Positions 38,753-48,366 of a stretch of 64,000 nucleotides of DNA are shown in pieces (the first letter of the stretch is position 1; every line of letters starts with the position of its first letter). The stretch is from NCBI GenBank assembly GCA_965223705.1, contig OZ245015.1, forward strand, positions 2,816,001 to 2,880,000. Reading direction: 5' to 3'. The notes beneath the pieces were generated by a model. The model had not been told where the DNA came from, did not search any database, and saw only the letters and a program-made list of their open reading frames with translations. Position numbers and translations under genes: made by a program. This DNA comes from Myxococcota bacterium. GTDB lineage: Bacteria; Myxococcota_A; UBA9160; UBA6930.

Positions 38753-38848
38753 ACAGCCTCCTCGCTTTGAGATCGATGCATGCTACCAAGGAGTTTCGGA
38801 GAGGCGGCGAGGAAAAGAACGCCGCGCGAAAACTGCGAGAGGAGCAGG

Positions 38849-39622
38849 ATGGGACGCGTAGAGGGCAAGGTCGCATTGGTCACCGGTGGAGCCTCGGGCA
38901 TCGGCCGGGGATGTGCGCTCCGGTTGGCGGAAGAAGGAGCGGCTGTCGCCGTTACCGACATTCAGGACGAAGCCGGCGCAGCGGTGGTCGCCGAGATCGA
39001 AGCGGCGGGAGGTCGCGCTTGCTATCTGCGCCAGGACGTCACCGACGAAGCCCGCTGGATCGAAGTCGTCCAGTCGATCGCCGACCGCTTCGGGACCATC
39101 GACGTCTTGGTGAACAATGCGGGCATCGGGTTGCTCGGACCGGTAACGGATCTCACCCTGGAAGATTGGCGCCGGCAGAACGCCATCAACCTCGACGGTG
39201 TCTTTCTCGGAACGAAGCACACGGTTCCCATCATGCGCCAAGGCGGCGGGGGATCGATCATCAACATGTCGTCGGTAGCCGGCTTGCAAGGCGCGCCGAA
39301 CTTCTCGGGTTATTGCGCGAGCAAGGGCGGCGTTCGTTTGTTCACGAAAGCCGTCGCCCTCGAGTGCGCCGGCGATCGCATTCGGGTGAATTCCGTCCAC
39401 CCGGGCGTCATCGACACGCCGATCTGGTCGAGCGCGGCGGGTCCCGCCGGAACGGCGGCCCCTGCAGTCGACCCCAAGGCCATCGCCACGGGCATGGTCC
39501 CGGGTGGCGAAGTCGGCTACCCGCGCGATATCGCGGATGGCGTCTTGTACTTGGCGTCGGACGAGTCGCGCTACATGACCGGCGCCGAACTCGTCATCGA
39601 CGCAGGCATCACCGCCGGCTAA
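38849..39622 (+). CDS. Short-chain dehydrogenase/reductase (classical, NAD-preferring)
   Basis: VTGGASGIG, NNAG, SS, YCASK, VNSVHPG. Confidence 0.92.
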   Translation: MGRVEGKVALVTGGASGIGRGCALRLAEEGAAVAVTDIQDEAGAAVVAEIEAAGGRACYLRQDVTDEARWIEVVQSIADRFGTIDVLVNNAGIGLLGPVTDLTLEDWRRQNAINLDGVFLGTKHTVPIMRQGGGGSIINMSSVAGLQGAPNFSGYCASKGGVRLFTKAVALECAGDRIRVNSVHPGVIDTPIWSSAAGPAGTAAPAVDPKAIATGMVPGGEVGYPRDIADGVLYLASDESRYMTGAELVIDAGITAG

Positions 39623-40713
39623 CCCAGAGGAAGCCCCAGAGCCTCCGCGACAACCCGGTGGGTCACGCGCCCGGCGCGAATGTTCTGGCCTTCCGCGAGT
39701 CCCGGGTCCTCGGCCATAGCGGCATCCCAACCGAGGTCTGCGATCCGCCGAACGTACGGCAGGGTCGCGTTCATCAGCGCTTGGGTCGATGTCTTCGGCA
39801 CCGCGCCGGGAATGTTCGTCACGCAGTAGTGTACGACGCCGTCTTGGACGAAGGTCGGATCCTCGTGTGTGGTCGGACGACTCGTCTCGAAACAACCGCC
39901 CTGATCGATAGAAATGTCGACCATCACCGCGCCGGGACGCATCGTCTTCACCGTTTCGGCCGATACGAGCTTCGGCGCCGCACCGCCCGCCACCAGCACC
40001 GCACCGATGACGAGGTCCGCCTCACGTACCAGACTCTCCACCGTATCGCGGGTGGAGTACGCGGTTTTGATCGTCGAACCGAAGAGCGCTGAGAGCTCGC
40101 GCAAACGAGGGACGGAAAGATCGACCACCGTAACGTCCGCGCGCAGCCCCACCGCCATCTCGATGGCGCCGGTGCCGGCGACACCGCCCCCCAGCACGAC
40201 GACCTTGGCCGGTGCAACACCGGGCACACCGCCGAGTAGCACGCCCGCGCCGCCGTTCGTCCGCTGCAAGTGAACCGCGCCCACCTGCACCGACATGCGA
40301 CCGGCGACCTCGCTCATCGGTGTCAGTAGCGGGAGGCTCCCGTCCTTCGCGCGTACCGTCTCGTAGGCGATCGCGGTGCCGCCCGAATCGAGGAGCGCCT
40401 TCGCTTGCTCGCGATCGGCGGCGAGATGGAGGAAGGTAAAGAGCGCCTGACCTTCCCCGAGCCGCGCGCACTCCTCCGCCTGAGGTTCTTTTACTTTCAC
40501 GATGAGCGAGGCTTCGCGGAACACTTCCTCCGCCGTCGCCAGCACGGTGGCGCCCGCGCCCACATAACTCGCGTCGTCGGCACCGCTTCCCAAACCGGCG
40601 CCGCGCTCGACGAACACGCGATGCCCCGCGGCGACCAGCTCGCGGACACCGGCCGGGGTCATCGCGACCCGGTACTCCTGATCCTTGATCTCGCGCGGGA
40701 TCCCGACGTCCAT
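39619..40713 (-). CDS. ald: Alanine dehydrogenase
   Basis: GIPREIK.QEYRV, KVKEP, LPLLTPMSEVAGR, IDQGGCFETS, HYCVTNIPG. Confidence 0.96.
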   Translation of the reverse strand: MDVGIPREIKDQEYRVAMTPAGVRELVAAGHRVFVERGAGLGSGADDASYVGAGATVLATAEEVFREASLIVKVKEPQAEECARLGEGQALFTFLHLAADREQAKALLDSGGTAIAYETVRAKDGSLPLLTPMSEVAGRMSVQVGAVHLQRTNGGAGVLLGGVPGVAPAKVVVLGGGVAGTGAIEMAVGLRADVTVVDLSVPRLRELSALFGSTIKTAYSTRDTVESLVREADLVIGAVLVAGGAAPKLVSAETVKTMRPGAVMVDISIDQGGCFETSRPTTHEDPTFVQDGVVHYCVTNIPGAVPKTSTQALMNATLPYVRRIADLGWDAAMAEDPGLAEGQNIRAGRVTHRVVAEALGLPLG

Positions 40714-40755
40714 CCTCCACCTCCTATCGAGCAGACTAACGCCTCTTCGGAGACG

Positions 40756-40834
40756 GATTGTTGCGATGATTCGAATAAATCGGACCTAAATCGAAGATTA
40801 TTGCCAAAAGATCGTTTTTAATACTAGATTCTGC
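40756..40834. promoter_or_regulatory. Divergent ald/Lrp control region: sigma70-like promoter and repeated candidate Lrp boxes
   Basis: AT-rich; TTGCCA-N18-TAGATT (40801-40830); GATTGTTGC (40756), GATTATTGC (40796), GATTCTGC (40827). Confidence 0.55.
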
Positions 40835-40837
40835 ACA

Positions 40838-41299
40838 ATGGACGGACATGACCGGGAAATTCTGCGAACCCTTCAAACTGATGGCCGGCTCTCGAACGTC
40901 GAGCTCGCCGGCCGGGTCCATCTCTCGGAATCGGCGTGCTTACGGCGCGTGCGCGCGCTCGAGGCGGACGGCGTCATCCGCGGCTACAGCGCCCGACTCG
41001 ATCCGGGTCCTCTGGGGCTCTCGACCAACGTCTTCGTCCACGTCGCGCTGCAACGCCAAGACCAGGCCGACCTCGAGCGGTTTGAGAACGCGGTCCAAGA
41101 ACTTCCGGAAGTGATGGAGTGCTACTTGATGACCGGGGAGTTCGATTACCTACTGCGCGTGGTCGCAGGGGATAGTGCGGACTTCGAGCGCGTCCACAGT
41201 CGCCTGACGCGCCTTCCGGGCGTGGCGCGGATCCAGTCGAGCTTCGCGCTACGCGCGGTTCGCCAGACCGCCGCGCTTCCGATTCGCGAGCCGGCCTAA
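40838..41299 (+). CDS. Lrp/AsnC family regulator (AldR-like)
   Basis: D..DREIL..LQ.DGR..N.ELA..V.LS...C.RRV; ECYLMTGEFDYLL; divergent from ald. Confidence 0.93.
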   Translation: MDGHDREILRTLQTDGRLSNVELAGRVHLSESACLRRVRALEADGVIRGYSARLDPGPLGLSTNVFVHVALQRQDQADLERFENAVQELPEVMECYLMTGEFDYLLRVVAGDSADFERVHSRLTRLPGVARIQSSFALRAVRQTAALPIREPA

Positions 41300-42432
41300 C
41301 GCAGCTTCCCGAAGTAGTTTCGAAGGTCGGCGACGAACAGCTCCGGCTGCTCGAAAGCCGCGAAATGCCCGCCGCGAGGTTGTTCCACGAAGTGCCGGAT
41401 GTCGCTCCAGTCCTCTTCCATCCAGCGACGCACCGGGGGCACGATTTCTTTGGGATACACCGCGACTCCGGTCGGAATCTCGACCCGCTGGCGTTCGAGC
41501 GAACCGAAGCTCTCCCAGTAAATCCGGGCCGAGGACGCGCCGGTTGCTGTCGCCCAGTAGAGCATCACGTTGTCGAGAAGCTCGTCGCGGGAGAGCACGT
41601 TTTCCGGATGCCCGTCGCAATCGGTCCAGCGCCAAAACTTCTCGAGGATCCAGGCCGCTTGAGCGACGGGTGAGTCCACCAGACCGTACCCGACGGTTTG
41701 CGGACGCGTGCGCTGCTGCGTCGAGTAACCCGAGTCCCAATCTCGGTACGCTTTCAAGCCATCGAGCGCGCGTTGTTCTTCCGGCGTCGGCGCCCCGTCG
41801 ACCTTGGGGCGCGCTCCCATGGCCAAGGTGACGTGGATCCCGAGACAGTGTTCGGGATCTTGCCAGCCGATCGTCGTCGTGACGGCGGAGCCCCAATCGC
41901 CCCCCTGCGCGCCGTACCGGGCGTAGCCGAGCCGAGCCATCAACTGGGCCCACATCCGTGCGATCGCTTCGACTCCCGTCCCGGCGCGCGTGGGCTTCTG
42001 GGAAAACCCGAAGCCCGGGAGCGAAGGGCACACCACGTGAAACGCGTCGGACGCGCTGCCCCCGTGAGCCACCGGATCGACCAAGGGCTCGATGACTTTG
42101 TGGAACTCCACGATCGAGCCGGGCCAACCGTGGGTGATGAGGAGTGGCATGGCCCGCGGGTGAGGCGATCGCTGGTGGATGAAGTGAATCGCAAGGCCGT
42201 CGAGCGTCGTCGTGGCATGATCGAATCGGTTGAGCGCCCTCTCCCGCTCGCGCCAATCGTACGCGTTCGCCCAGTAGTCGCAGACTTCACGCAGCCAGTT
42301 TCGCGGAACCCCCTGACTCCAGTCGGGCACCGTCTCCGCTTCGGGCCAACGCGTCGCCTCGAGACGCCGCTTGAGGTCCGTGAGCACGTCTTCGGGGACG
42401 GCGATTCGAAACGGCTGGATGGTTTCGGTCAT
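41296..42432 (-). CDS. Epoxide hydrolase (microsomal type, EHN N-terminal domain)
   Basis: HGWPGS, PSLPGFGFS, QGGDWG, DSP, GGHFAAFEQP. Confidence 0.93.
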   Translation of the reverse strand: MTETIQPFRIAVPEDVLTDLKRRLEATRWPEAETVPDWSQGVPRNWLREVCDYWANAYDWRERERALNRFDHATTTLDGLAIHFIHQRSPHPRAMPLLITHGWPGSIVEFHKVIEPLVDPVAHGGSASDAFHVVCPSLPGFGFSQKPTRAGTGVEAIARMWAQLMARLGYARYGAQGGDWGSAVTTTIGWQDPEHCLGIHVTLAMGARPKVDGAPTPEEQRALDGLKAYRDWDSGYSTQQRTRPQTVGYGLVDSPVAQAAWILEKFWRWTDCDGHPENVLSRDELLDNVMLYWATATGASSARIYWESFGSLERQRVEIPTGVAVYPKEIVPPVRRWMEEDWSDIRHFVEQPRGGHFAAFEQPELFVADLRNYFGKLR

Positions 42433-42491
42433 CGCGCAAGTTTCGCACAGCCGCCTGTGGATTGGATATCCTACCGCCACGAGGGAGCGCC

Positions 42492-44237
42492 ATGCCGACA
42501 TCACAAGCGCCTTACGATCTTCACATACACGGTGGAACCGTCGTCGACGGAACGCGCGTACCGCGGTATCGCGGGGACGTCTGGATCAAGGACGGTCGCA
42601 TCGCGCAAATCGGCGGGCGGTCGCCCGGCGAAGCCCGTGAAAGCGTCGACGCGACGGGCAAGATCGTCGCTCCGGGTTTCGTCGACCTTCACACGCACTA
42701 CGACGCGCAGATTCGCTGGGACCCGTGGTGCACCATTTCGGGCTGGCACGGTGTCACCTCGGTCGTGTTGGGCAATTGCGGTTTCGGCTTCGCCCCGGTG
42801 AGGCCCGATTTTCGCGAACGCTCCATGCTGACCATGACACGCACCGAAGCGATCCCCTTCGCGTCGATGCAGGCGGGTATGGCGTGGGATTGGGAGACGA
42901 TCCCCGAGTATCTCGACTCCCTCGAGCGTTCCCCGAAAGGCGTGAACTGCATCCAGTACATGCCTACGGCATCGCTCATGACGTACGTGATGGGTCTCGA
43001 CGCAGCGAAAACGCGCGCGGCGACCGCACCCGAGCGCGCGGAAATGCAACGACTCCTCAACGAGGGCATGGATGCCGGCTTGTGTGGCTTCTCGATCCAG
43101 CGCCTCGGACCGGATTCGGTGCAAGCGGATTTCGACGGCTCGCCGATGGTGACCGACACCATGTGCGACGACGACATCCTGTGCCTGGCCGAAGTGTTGC
43201 GCGAGCGTGACGAGGGTTTCATCCAGATCACGCAGGCCGCGGGCCGGATCAAGGAAGATCTCGCTTTTCTGGAGCGCCTCGCCGACACCGCCGGGCGCCC
43301 GATCCTTCACAACGTCGTCGCGCCCTCGCGCCAAAACGCCGAAGTCCATCGGCGACCGCTTCGCTGGATCGAAGAATGTCGAAGCCGAGGACTTCCGATC
43401 TACGCGCAATGCGCGACGGGCCGCGCCGGGTTCGCGTTTACCCTCGAGCACTGGAACTTGTACGACGCGTCTCCGGCGTGGCGCAACGTGACGACCGGCG
43501 ACAAGTCGTCGAAGATCGAGAAGATGCGCGATCCCGAGCTGCGTCGCGCGTTGATCGCAGAAGCGGAGGAAGCGGATCGACGGCTGCAAATCATCCAGGC
43601 GGGCGTCGGTGGGAACCCGAAGCACTTGGTGATCCAGGGGGTCGGCGACTGTCCCGAACTGGAGTCGTACGTCGGCCGTTCCGTCGGCGACATCGCCGCC
43701 GAAGAGGGGAAACACCACATCGAGGTCATGCTCGACCTCTCCCTCGCCGGCGATCTCGAGGTCGAATTTCTCGGCCCGGATCGCGGATCGAACTCCGAGT
43801 TCATGGCCGAGATGATGAACGACTCGCCCTACACCATACCCGGCGTGTCCGACGGAGGAGCGCACACAAAGTTCTTCACCGGTGGCGCGTTCACGACCGA
43901 TTTTCTGACTTGGCTCGTGCGAGACGAAGGGGTCGTCACACTCGAAGAAGCCCACTACCGATTATCGAACTTGCCGGCCCATGCCGCGGGTTTCCGCGAC
44001 CGCGGCGTGCTCCGGGAAGGCGCAGCGGCCGACGTCCTCGTCTACGACATCGAAGAGCTCGCGATCGACCCGCCGTGGATCGGAGAAGTCGAACACGATC
44101 TGCCCGCCGGCGAGTGGCGGCGCGTCCAGCGCGCCAAGGGCTACGACAAGATCATCGTGAACGGCGAAATCACGTTCGACGCCGGCGAATGCACGGGCGC
44201 GACTCCCGGGCGATTGCTCCGCCACGGGCGGGGGTAG
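42492..44237 (+). CDS. N-acyl-D-amino acid deacylase family amidohydrolase
   Basis: PGFVDLHTHYD, GNCG, SDGGAH, RG.LREG..AD, TGATPG. Confidence 0.9.
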   Translation: MPTSQAPYDLHIHGGTVVDGTRVPRYRGDVWIKDGRIAQIGGRSPGEARESVDATGKIVAPGFVDLHTHYDAQIRWDPWCTISGWHGVTSVVLGNCGFGFAPVRPDFRERSMLTMTRTEAIPFASMQAGMAWDWETIPEYLDSLERSPKGVNCIQYMPTASLMTYVMGLDAAKTRAATAPERAEMQRLLNEGMDAGLCGFSIQRLGPDSVQADFDGSPMVTDTMCDDDILCLAEVLRERDEGFIQITQAAGRIKEDLAFLERLADTAGRPILHNVVAPSRQNAEVHRRPLRWIEECRSRGLPIYAQCATGRAGFAFTLEHWNLYDASPAWRNVTTGDKSSKIEKMRDPELRRALIAEAEEADRRLQIIQAGVGGNPKHLVIQGVGDCPELESYVGRSVGDIAAEEGKHHIEVMLDLSLAGDLEVEFLGPDRGSNSEFMAEMMNDSPYTIPGVSDGGAHTKFFTGGAFTTDFLTWLVRDEGVVTLEEAHYRLSNLPAHAAGFRDRGVLREGAAADVLVYDIEELAIDPPWIGEVEHDLPAGEWRRVQRAKGYDKIIVNGEITFDAGECTGATPGRLLRHGRG

Positions 44238-44241
44238 GACG

Positions 44242-45288
44242 ATGTCGGTGCAGTCCCCGAGCTGGACGGAACACACCGCCCGGACCGGCGACCACGTAAC
44301 GGCGTACCTCGCGGCGGGCCCTGAAGACGGCCCGCTGATCATCTTTTGTCACGGTTGGCCGGAACTCGGTCTGAGCTGGAGGCACCAACTTCCCACACTC
44401 GCCGCACTGGGCTTTCGAGCCGTCGCACCCGACATGCGCGGTTACGGCCGTTCGAGCGTCTACGACCGTCACGAGGACTACACCGTCGAGGCCATCGTCG
44501 GCGACATGGTCGGACTGCTCGATCACTTGGGTCGTGAGCGCGCCGTCTGGGTCGGTCACGATTGGGGGAGCCCGATTGTGTGGAGCGTCGCAAGCCACCA
44601 CCCAGAGCGTTGCCATGGCGTGGCCAGTTTGTGCGTTCCGTACCGGACCATCGAGCAAGGCTTTGACGGATTGGTCTCGCTGGTCGACCGTTCGGTCTAC
44701 CCCGAGGACGAGTTCCCGGTCGGCCAATGGGACTACCAGCTCTTCTACCAGGAGAACTTCGCTCGCGCCCAAGAGACGCTCGGTGCGAACCCGTACAACA
44801 CCGTGCGGGCCCTGTTCCGAAAGGGCGACCCCGAAGGCCGCGGCAAGCCGACCTTCACCGCCTTCACCAGACGAAACGGCGGTTGGTTCGGTCCGCTCGA
44901 CGCGGCGCCGGACATGCCGCGCGACGACGACGTCGTGACGGAAGAGGATCTCCGGAGCTACGCCGCCGCGCTCGAGCGCAACGGGTTCTTCGGCCCCGAC
45001 TCCTGGTACATGAACCACGAAGCGAACCAGAAGTTCGGCGAACGCGCGGCGAACGGAGGCCGCCTCTCCATGCCGGCGTTGTTCTTGACGGCGGCTTACG
45101 ACTTCGTCTGCGAATGCGTCGACTCGAAACTCGCCGAACCGATGCGCGCGTATTGTGACAACCTGACCGAATTCACCGTGAACTCCGGCCACTGGATGGC
45201 GCAGGAAAAACCGCGCGACGTCAACGCCGCGTTGGTCCACTGGCTCGCGACACAACTGCCGGCGATCTGGCCGCGACCTCCCCTATAG
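44242..45288 (+). CDS. Epoxide hydrolase (soluble EphA type)
   Basis: HGWPE, PDMRGYG, GHDWG, YQLF, WY.N, GHW..QE.P. Confidence 0.9.
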   Translation: MSVQSPSWTEHTARTGDHVTAYLAAGPEDGPLIIFCHGWPELGLSWRHQLPTLAALGFRAVAPDMRGYGRSSVYDRHEDYTVEAIVGDMVGLLDHLGRERAVWVGHDWGSPIVWSVASHHPERCHGVASLCVPYRTIEQGFDGLVSLVDRSVYPEDEFPVGQWDYQLFYQENFARAQETLGANPYNTVRALFRKGDPEGRGKPTFTAFTRRNGGWFGPLDAAPDMPRDDDVVTEEDLRSYAAALERNGFFGPDSWYMNHEANQKFGERAANGGRLSMPALFLTAAYDFVCECVDSKLAEPMRAYCDNLTEFTVNSGHWMAQEKPRDVNAALVHWLATQLPAIWPRPPL

Positions 45289-45681
45289 ATGAGAGTCACG
45301 CGCTTTACTGCGACGCCCGACGGAGGGTCCGTTTTCGAAGACGTCGAGGTCGGATTCCCCGTACCCCGAGAAGACGAGTTCGGGCACACCATGCACCAGA
45401 CACACCCCCTGGCCCCCACCGGCGCGGTGTTTGTGGAACTCCCGGCGGGCCTCGATCAGGGGTGGCACAACGCGCCGAACCGCCAGCTCGTGACGGTGCT
45501 CACGGGAGAACTCGAGGTGGAGACGACAGACGGAGAGAGGCGACGCTTCGGCGCGGGCGACATCTTCATGGCGGACGATGTCGAAGGTCGAGGGCACCTC
45601 ACGCGAGTCTTCGATGAACCCGCTCGCGTGCTCTTCGTGGTGGTGCCGGACGCGTTTTCACTCGCCGCTCTTGGCAGATAG
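45289..45681 (+). CDS. Cupin domain protein
   Basis: WHNAPNRQ, G.LEV...DG....F.AGD...ADD..GRGH. Confidence 0.8.
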   Translation: MRVTRFTATPDGGSVFEDVEVGFPVPREDEFGHTMHQTHPLAPTGAVFVELPAGLDQGWHNAPNRQLVTVLTGELEVETTDGERRRFGAGDIFMADDVEGRGHLTRVFDEPARVLFVVVPDAFSLAALGR

Positions 45682-45712
45682 GACCGAACAGGCGTTCGGC
45701 GAAGTCGCCCCG

Positions 45713-47104
45713 CTAGACCGATGAAAGCGGAAGCGGTCGCCCGCTCATGGTGGCCGGCTGTTCAACACCGAGTAGCGACAAGACCGTGGGCGCGATCGAC
45801 TTGAGCGACACCTTCCCCGGATGCTCCCGGTGCGTCCGAGACGGGCGCCGGATCCAGAGCAGACCGTCGGGGTGGTGCACGCCGCTCTTGACGCTGGCAG
45901 CGCGATACAGGAGATCGCTAAAAGGAACGCGTCGCCCCGACGTCGGGTTCGTGAGCTCGGCGGCGTCCGGAAGCTTGTCGAAGATGCGGCAGCCCGCGTA
46001 GAGCTCCCTCCCCCGGCAATCGATTCGGAAGGCCGCCTCGCCTTCGACCTGTAGGCCACCGAGCGCCTCGGCGGACGCGAGCGCGGCCGCCTCGGTGTCG
46101 AACTGCAGCCAGAACTCTTCCGACATCACCGGCGTGCATTCGTGGCGCTCCTTGATCCCGGCGAAGTCCGCGAGCGCTCCAAAATCGTGGGGTCGATAGA
46201 AGTACTTCCCGCCGGAATCTTCCCACCGAACATCGGGTTGTTGGCTCAACGCGGTACAGAACACGAGAGTGGCGTTATCGCCCGCGAGTTCGAGGAAACG
46301 CGAAACGATCCGATCGTTTTCCTGATACCCGAAGAGCACCGCGTCTCGAAATTCCTCCTGCTCTTCGGGAGTCGGAGCGATATCGAAGCGCTCGGGCTCG
46401 AAGTTTCGCCAACGCGTGTGCTGCAGGTGCGCCACGCTGTTGAGAAAGAAGCTCGAAAAATCCGGTCGCTGGCGGCGATAGAACCACCGAAACAAGTCGA
46501 ACTGAAGCCGGTCGAGGATGGTGACGCGCTTCCAGCCGAAGCGACCGCCGCGTTCCCGTAGAAGCTGACGCGCGGTCGCCCACACCGTCTCGGACGAGAG
46601 TCCGTGACGCGCGAGAAACGCTCCGAACCGCGCGTAGTCCGACCCCCCGAGCCGAGTATCGCCACCGGTGTGTTCGAGAACGTGGCGCTGAACGACGTCG
46701 AAGAAGGCGGAGAGCTCGGGTGGAGACGGCCGGGCATCCGTGGCCCAGGCGTCGGGCAGGAAAGTCGTCGCGTCCGAGCGCGACCGGACGTTCATGCTGC
46801 CGCACAGCCAGACGCTCCGGCCGGCGTCGGCGAGCACATCGCCCACGAAGGGGACCCTCGATCGCCCGCCCTCGCCCAACAGGAAGGCGCCGTGCTCCGC
46901 GAGGGTGGCGCCCGTGTGGACGGTGACCCACTGGATCCACGGATTCAGGCTCGTGCCGGTCTCGTCCGCGTCCGTCGTAAAGACCTCGGACTCGGAGAAA
47001 AGTCGTGAAAAACCGGGAAGCTTCCCTTGCTCCATAAACTGGAACATGAGCCGTGGCGTCAATTCGTTGAGTTCGAGTTGGATTACCGGGCCCGGAGCGA
47101 TCAT
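45713..47104 (-). CDS. Alkaline phosphatase superfamily-like hypothetical protein
   Basis: LELNEL, PWIQWVTVHTG, AHLQH, SGVHHPDG. Confidence 0.6.
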   Translation of the reverse strand: MIAPGPVIQLELNELTPRLMFQFMEQGKLPGFSRLFSESEVFTTDADETGTSLNPWIQWVTVHTGATLAEHGAFLLGEGGRSRVPFVGDVLADAGRSVWLCGSMNVRSRSDATTFLPDAWATDARPSPPELSAFFDVVQRHVLEHTGGDTRLGGSDYARFGAFLARHGLSSETVWATARQLLRERGGRFGWKRVTILDRLQFDLFRWFYRRQRPDFSSFFLNSVAHLQHTRWRNFEPERFDIAPTPEEQEEFRDAVLFGYQENDRIVSRFLELAGDNATLVFCTALSQQPDVRWEDSGGKYFYRPHDFGALADFAGIKERHECTPVMSEEFWLQFDTEAAALASAEALGGLQVEGEAAFRIDCRGRELYAGCRIFDKLPDAAELTNPTSGRRVPFSDLLYRAASVKSGVHHPDGLLWIRRPSRTHREHPGKVSLKSIAPTVLSLLGVEQPATMSGRPLPLSSV

Positions 47105-47260
47105 CGTGCTTTTCCCCACTCTGTACGCCAGACCCCGGCGGAGTGTCACACCTGGCGAGGGTCGATTCAACCCCCCTGCGGGGCGCCCGAGTGTGATAGA
47201 CAGGACGCATGAAGGTTGCCCCGCTCGCCTGCGTAAGGCCCGAACCCGTCGCAGCTCTCC

Positions 47261-48328
47261 GTGGTTGAGCCCTACAACGCGGTAGGTCTCGTGCCGACGG
47301 TACGGGGAATCCGTCGACGCGAAGACATCATGCGGAACATCGAACACCACCGGCATATGGTGAAGGCCGCGTGTTGGCTCGCTGGGCTCGACCTGCCGGT
47401 CCGTCTGGTCGCCCTACCCGAGGGCGCGTTGCAGGGGTTCAATGACGAAGTGCTCGACGCGGATCACGAGGAGTTTGCCGCGACTTGTGCCATCGACATC
47501 CCGGGGCCAGAGACCGACGCGCTCGGTGAGATCGCTCGGGAGTACGACGTCTACCTCATCGGCCAGGCAAAGGCTCGGCATCCCGAGATCGAAAAGCGAT
47601 TCTTCAATGTCGGGTTCATCCTGAGCCCCGAAGGCGACGTCATCTTGCGCCATTACAAGGTGTCGCCGCTCTTCCCGGTGGAGCACTCGGTGTGCCCTCA
47701 CGACGTCTTCGATTGGTGGATCGAGCGCTACGGGAGCACCCTCGATGCGTTTTGGCCGGTTGCCGACACGGAGATCGGCCGAATCGGCATCATGATGGCG
47801 AACGAGGGTTCGTACCCAGAGCACGCGCGCGGGCTCGCCATGAACGGCGCGGAGATCGTCTACCGTGCCTCGATCCCCCACCCCGCCGCGTCGAACGACT
47901 ACTACGAGGTCCAGAGTCGCGCGCGGGCGCTCGACAACAACATGTACGTCCTGGCACCGAACATGGGCACCTACTACCTCGACGCCGACTCCGATACGCC
48001 GATCGATACGTTCGGCGGACACTCGTACATCATCGACTACCGCGGCCAGGTGGTCGGTCGCCAGGAGTACGGTGGCGTGTCGACGAGCGTGTGTGGACCG
48101 ATTCACATCGAAGCACTTCGCCACCATCGCGCGACGTCGAAGTGGACGAATTGGATGAAGGATCTCCGCACGGAGATGATCCAGCTGATCTATGAGCAGC
48201 CGATCTACCCGAAGAATCTCTATCTCGACCGCGCGCCCTTGAAGCACGACGAATACGCTGAGAAAGTGACCCGACAGCAGATCGCGCTCATGCACGAACG
48301 CGACATCTGGAAGAAGCCCGGCAGCTAG
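47261..48328 (+). CDS. Nitrilase/carbon-nitrogen hydrolase family protein with atypical active site
   Basis: ALPEG (Glu), FFNVGF, HYK (Lys), VADTEIGRIG, SRARALDN; nucleophile motif reads MANEG. Confidence 0.85.
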   Translation: MVEPYNAVGLVPTVRGIRRREDIMRNIEHHRHMVKAACWLAGLDLPVRLVALPEGALQGFNDEVLDADHEEFAATCAIDIPGPETDALGEIAREYDVYLIGQAKARHPEIEKRFFNVGFILSPEGDVILRHYKVSPLFPVEHSVCPHDVFDWWIERYGSTLDAFWPVADTEIGRIGIMMANEGSYPEHARGLAMNGAEIVYRASIPHPAASNDYYEVQSRARALDNNMYVLAPNMGTYYLDADSDTPIDTFGGHSYIIDYRGQVVGRQEYGGVSTSVCGPIHIEALRHHRATSKWTNWMKDLRTEMIQLIYEQPIYPKNLYLDRAPLKHDEYAEKVTRQQIALMHERDIWKKPGS

Positions 48329-48366
48329 GTCGCCCATCGCGACGCCGATGCTCTACCTTGGATGAC

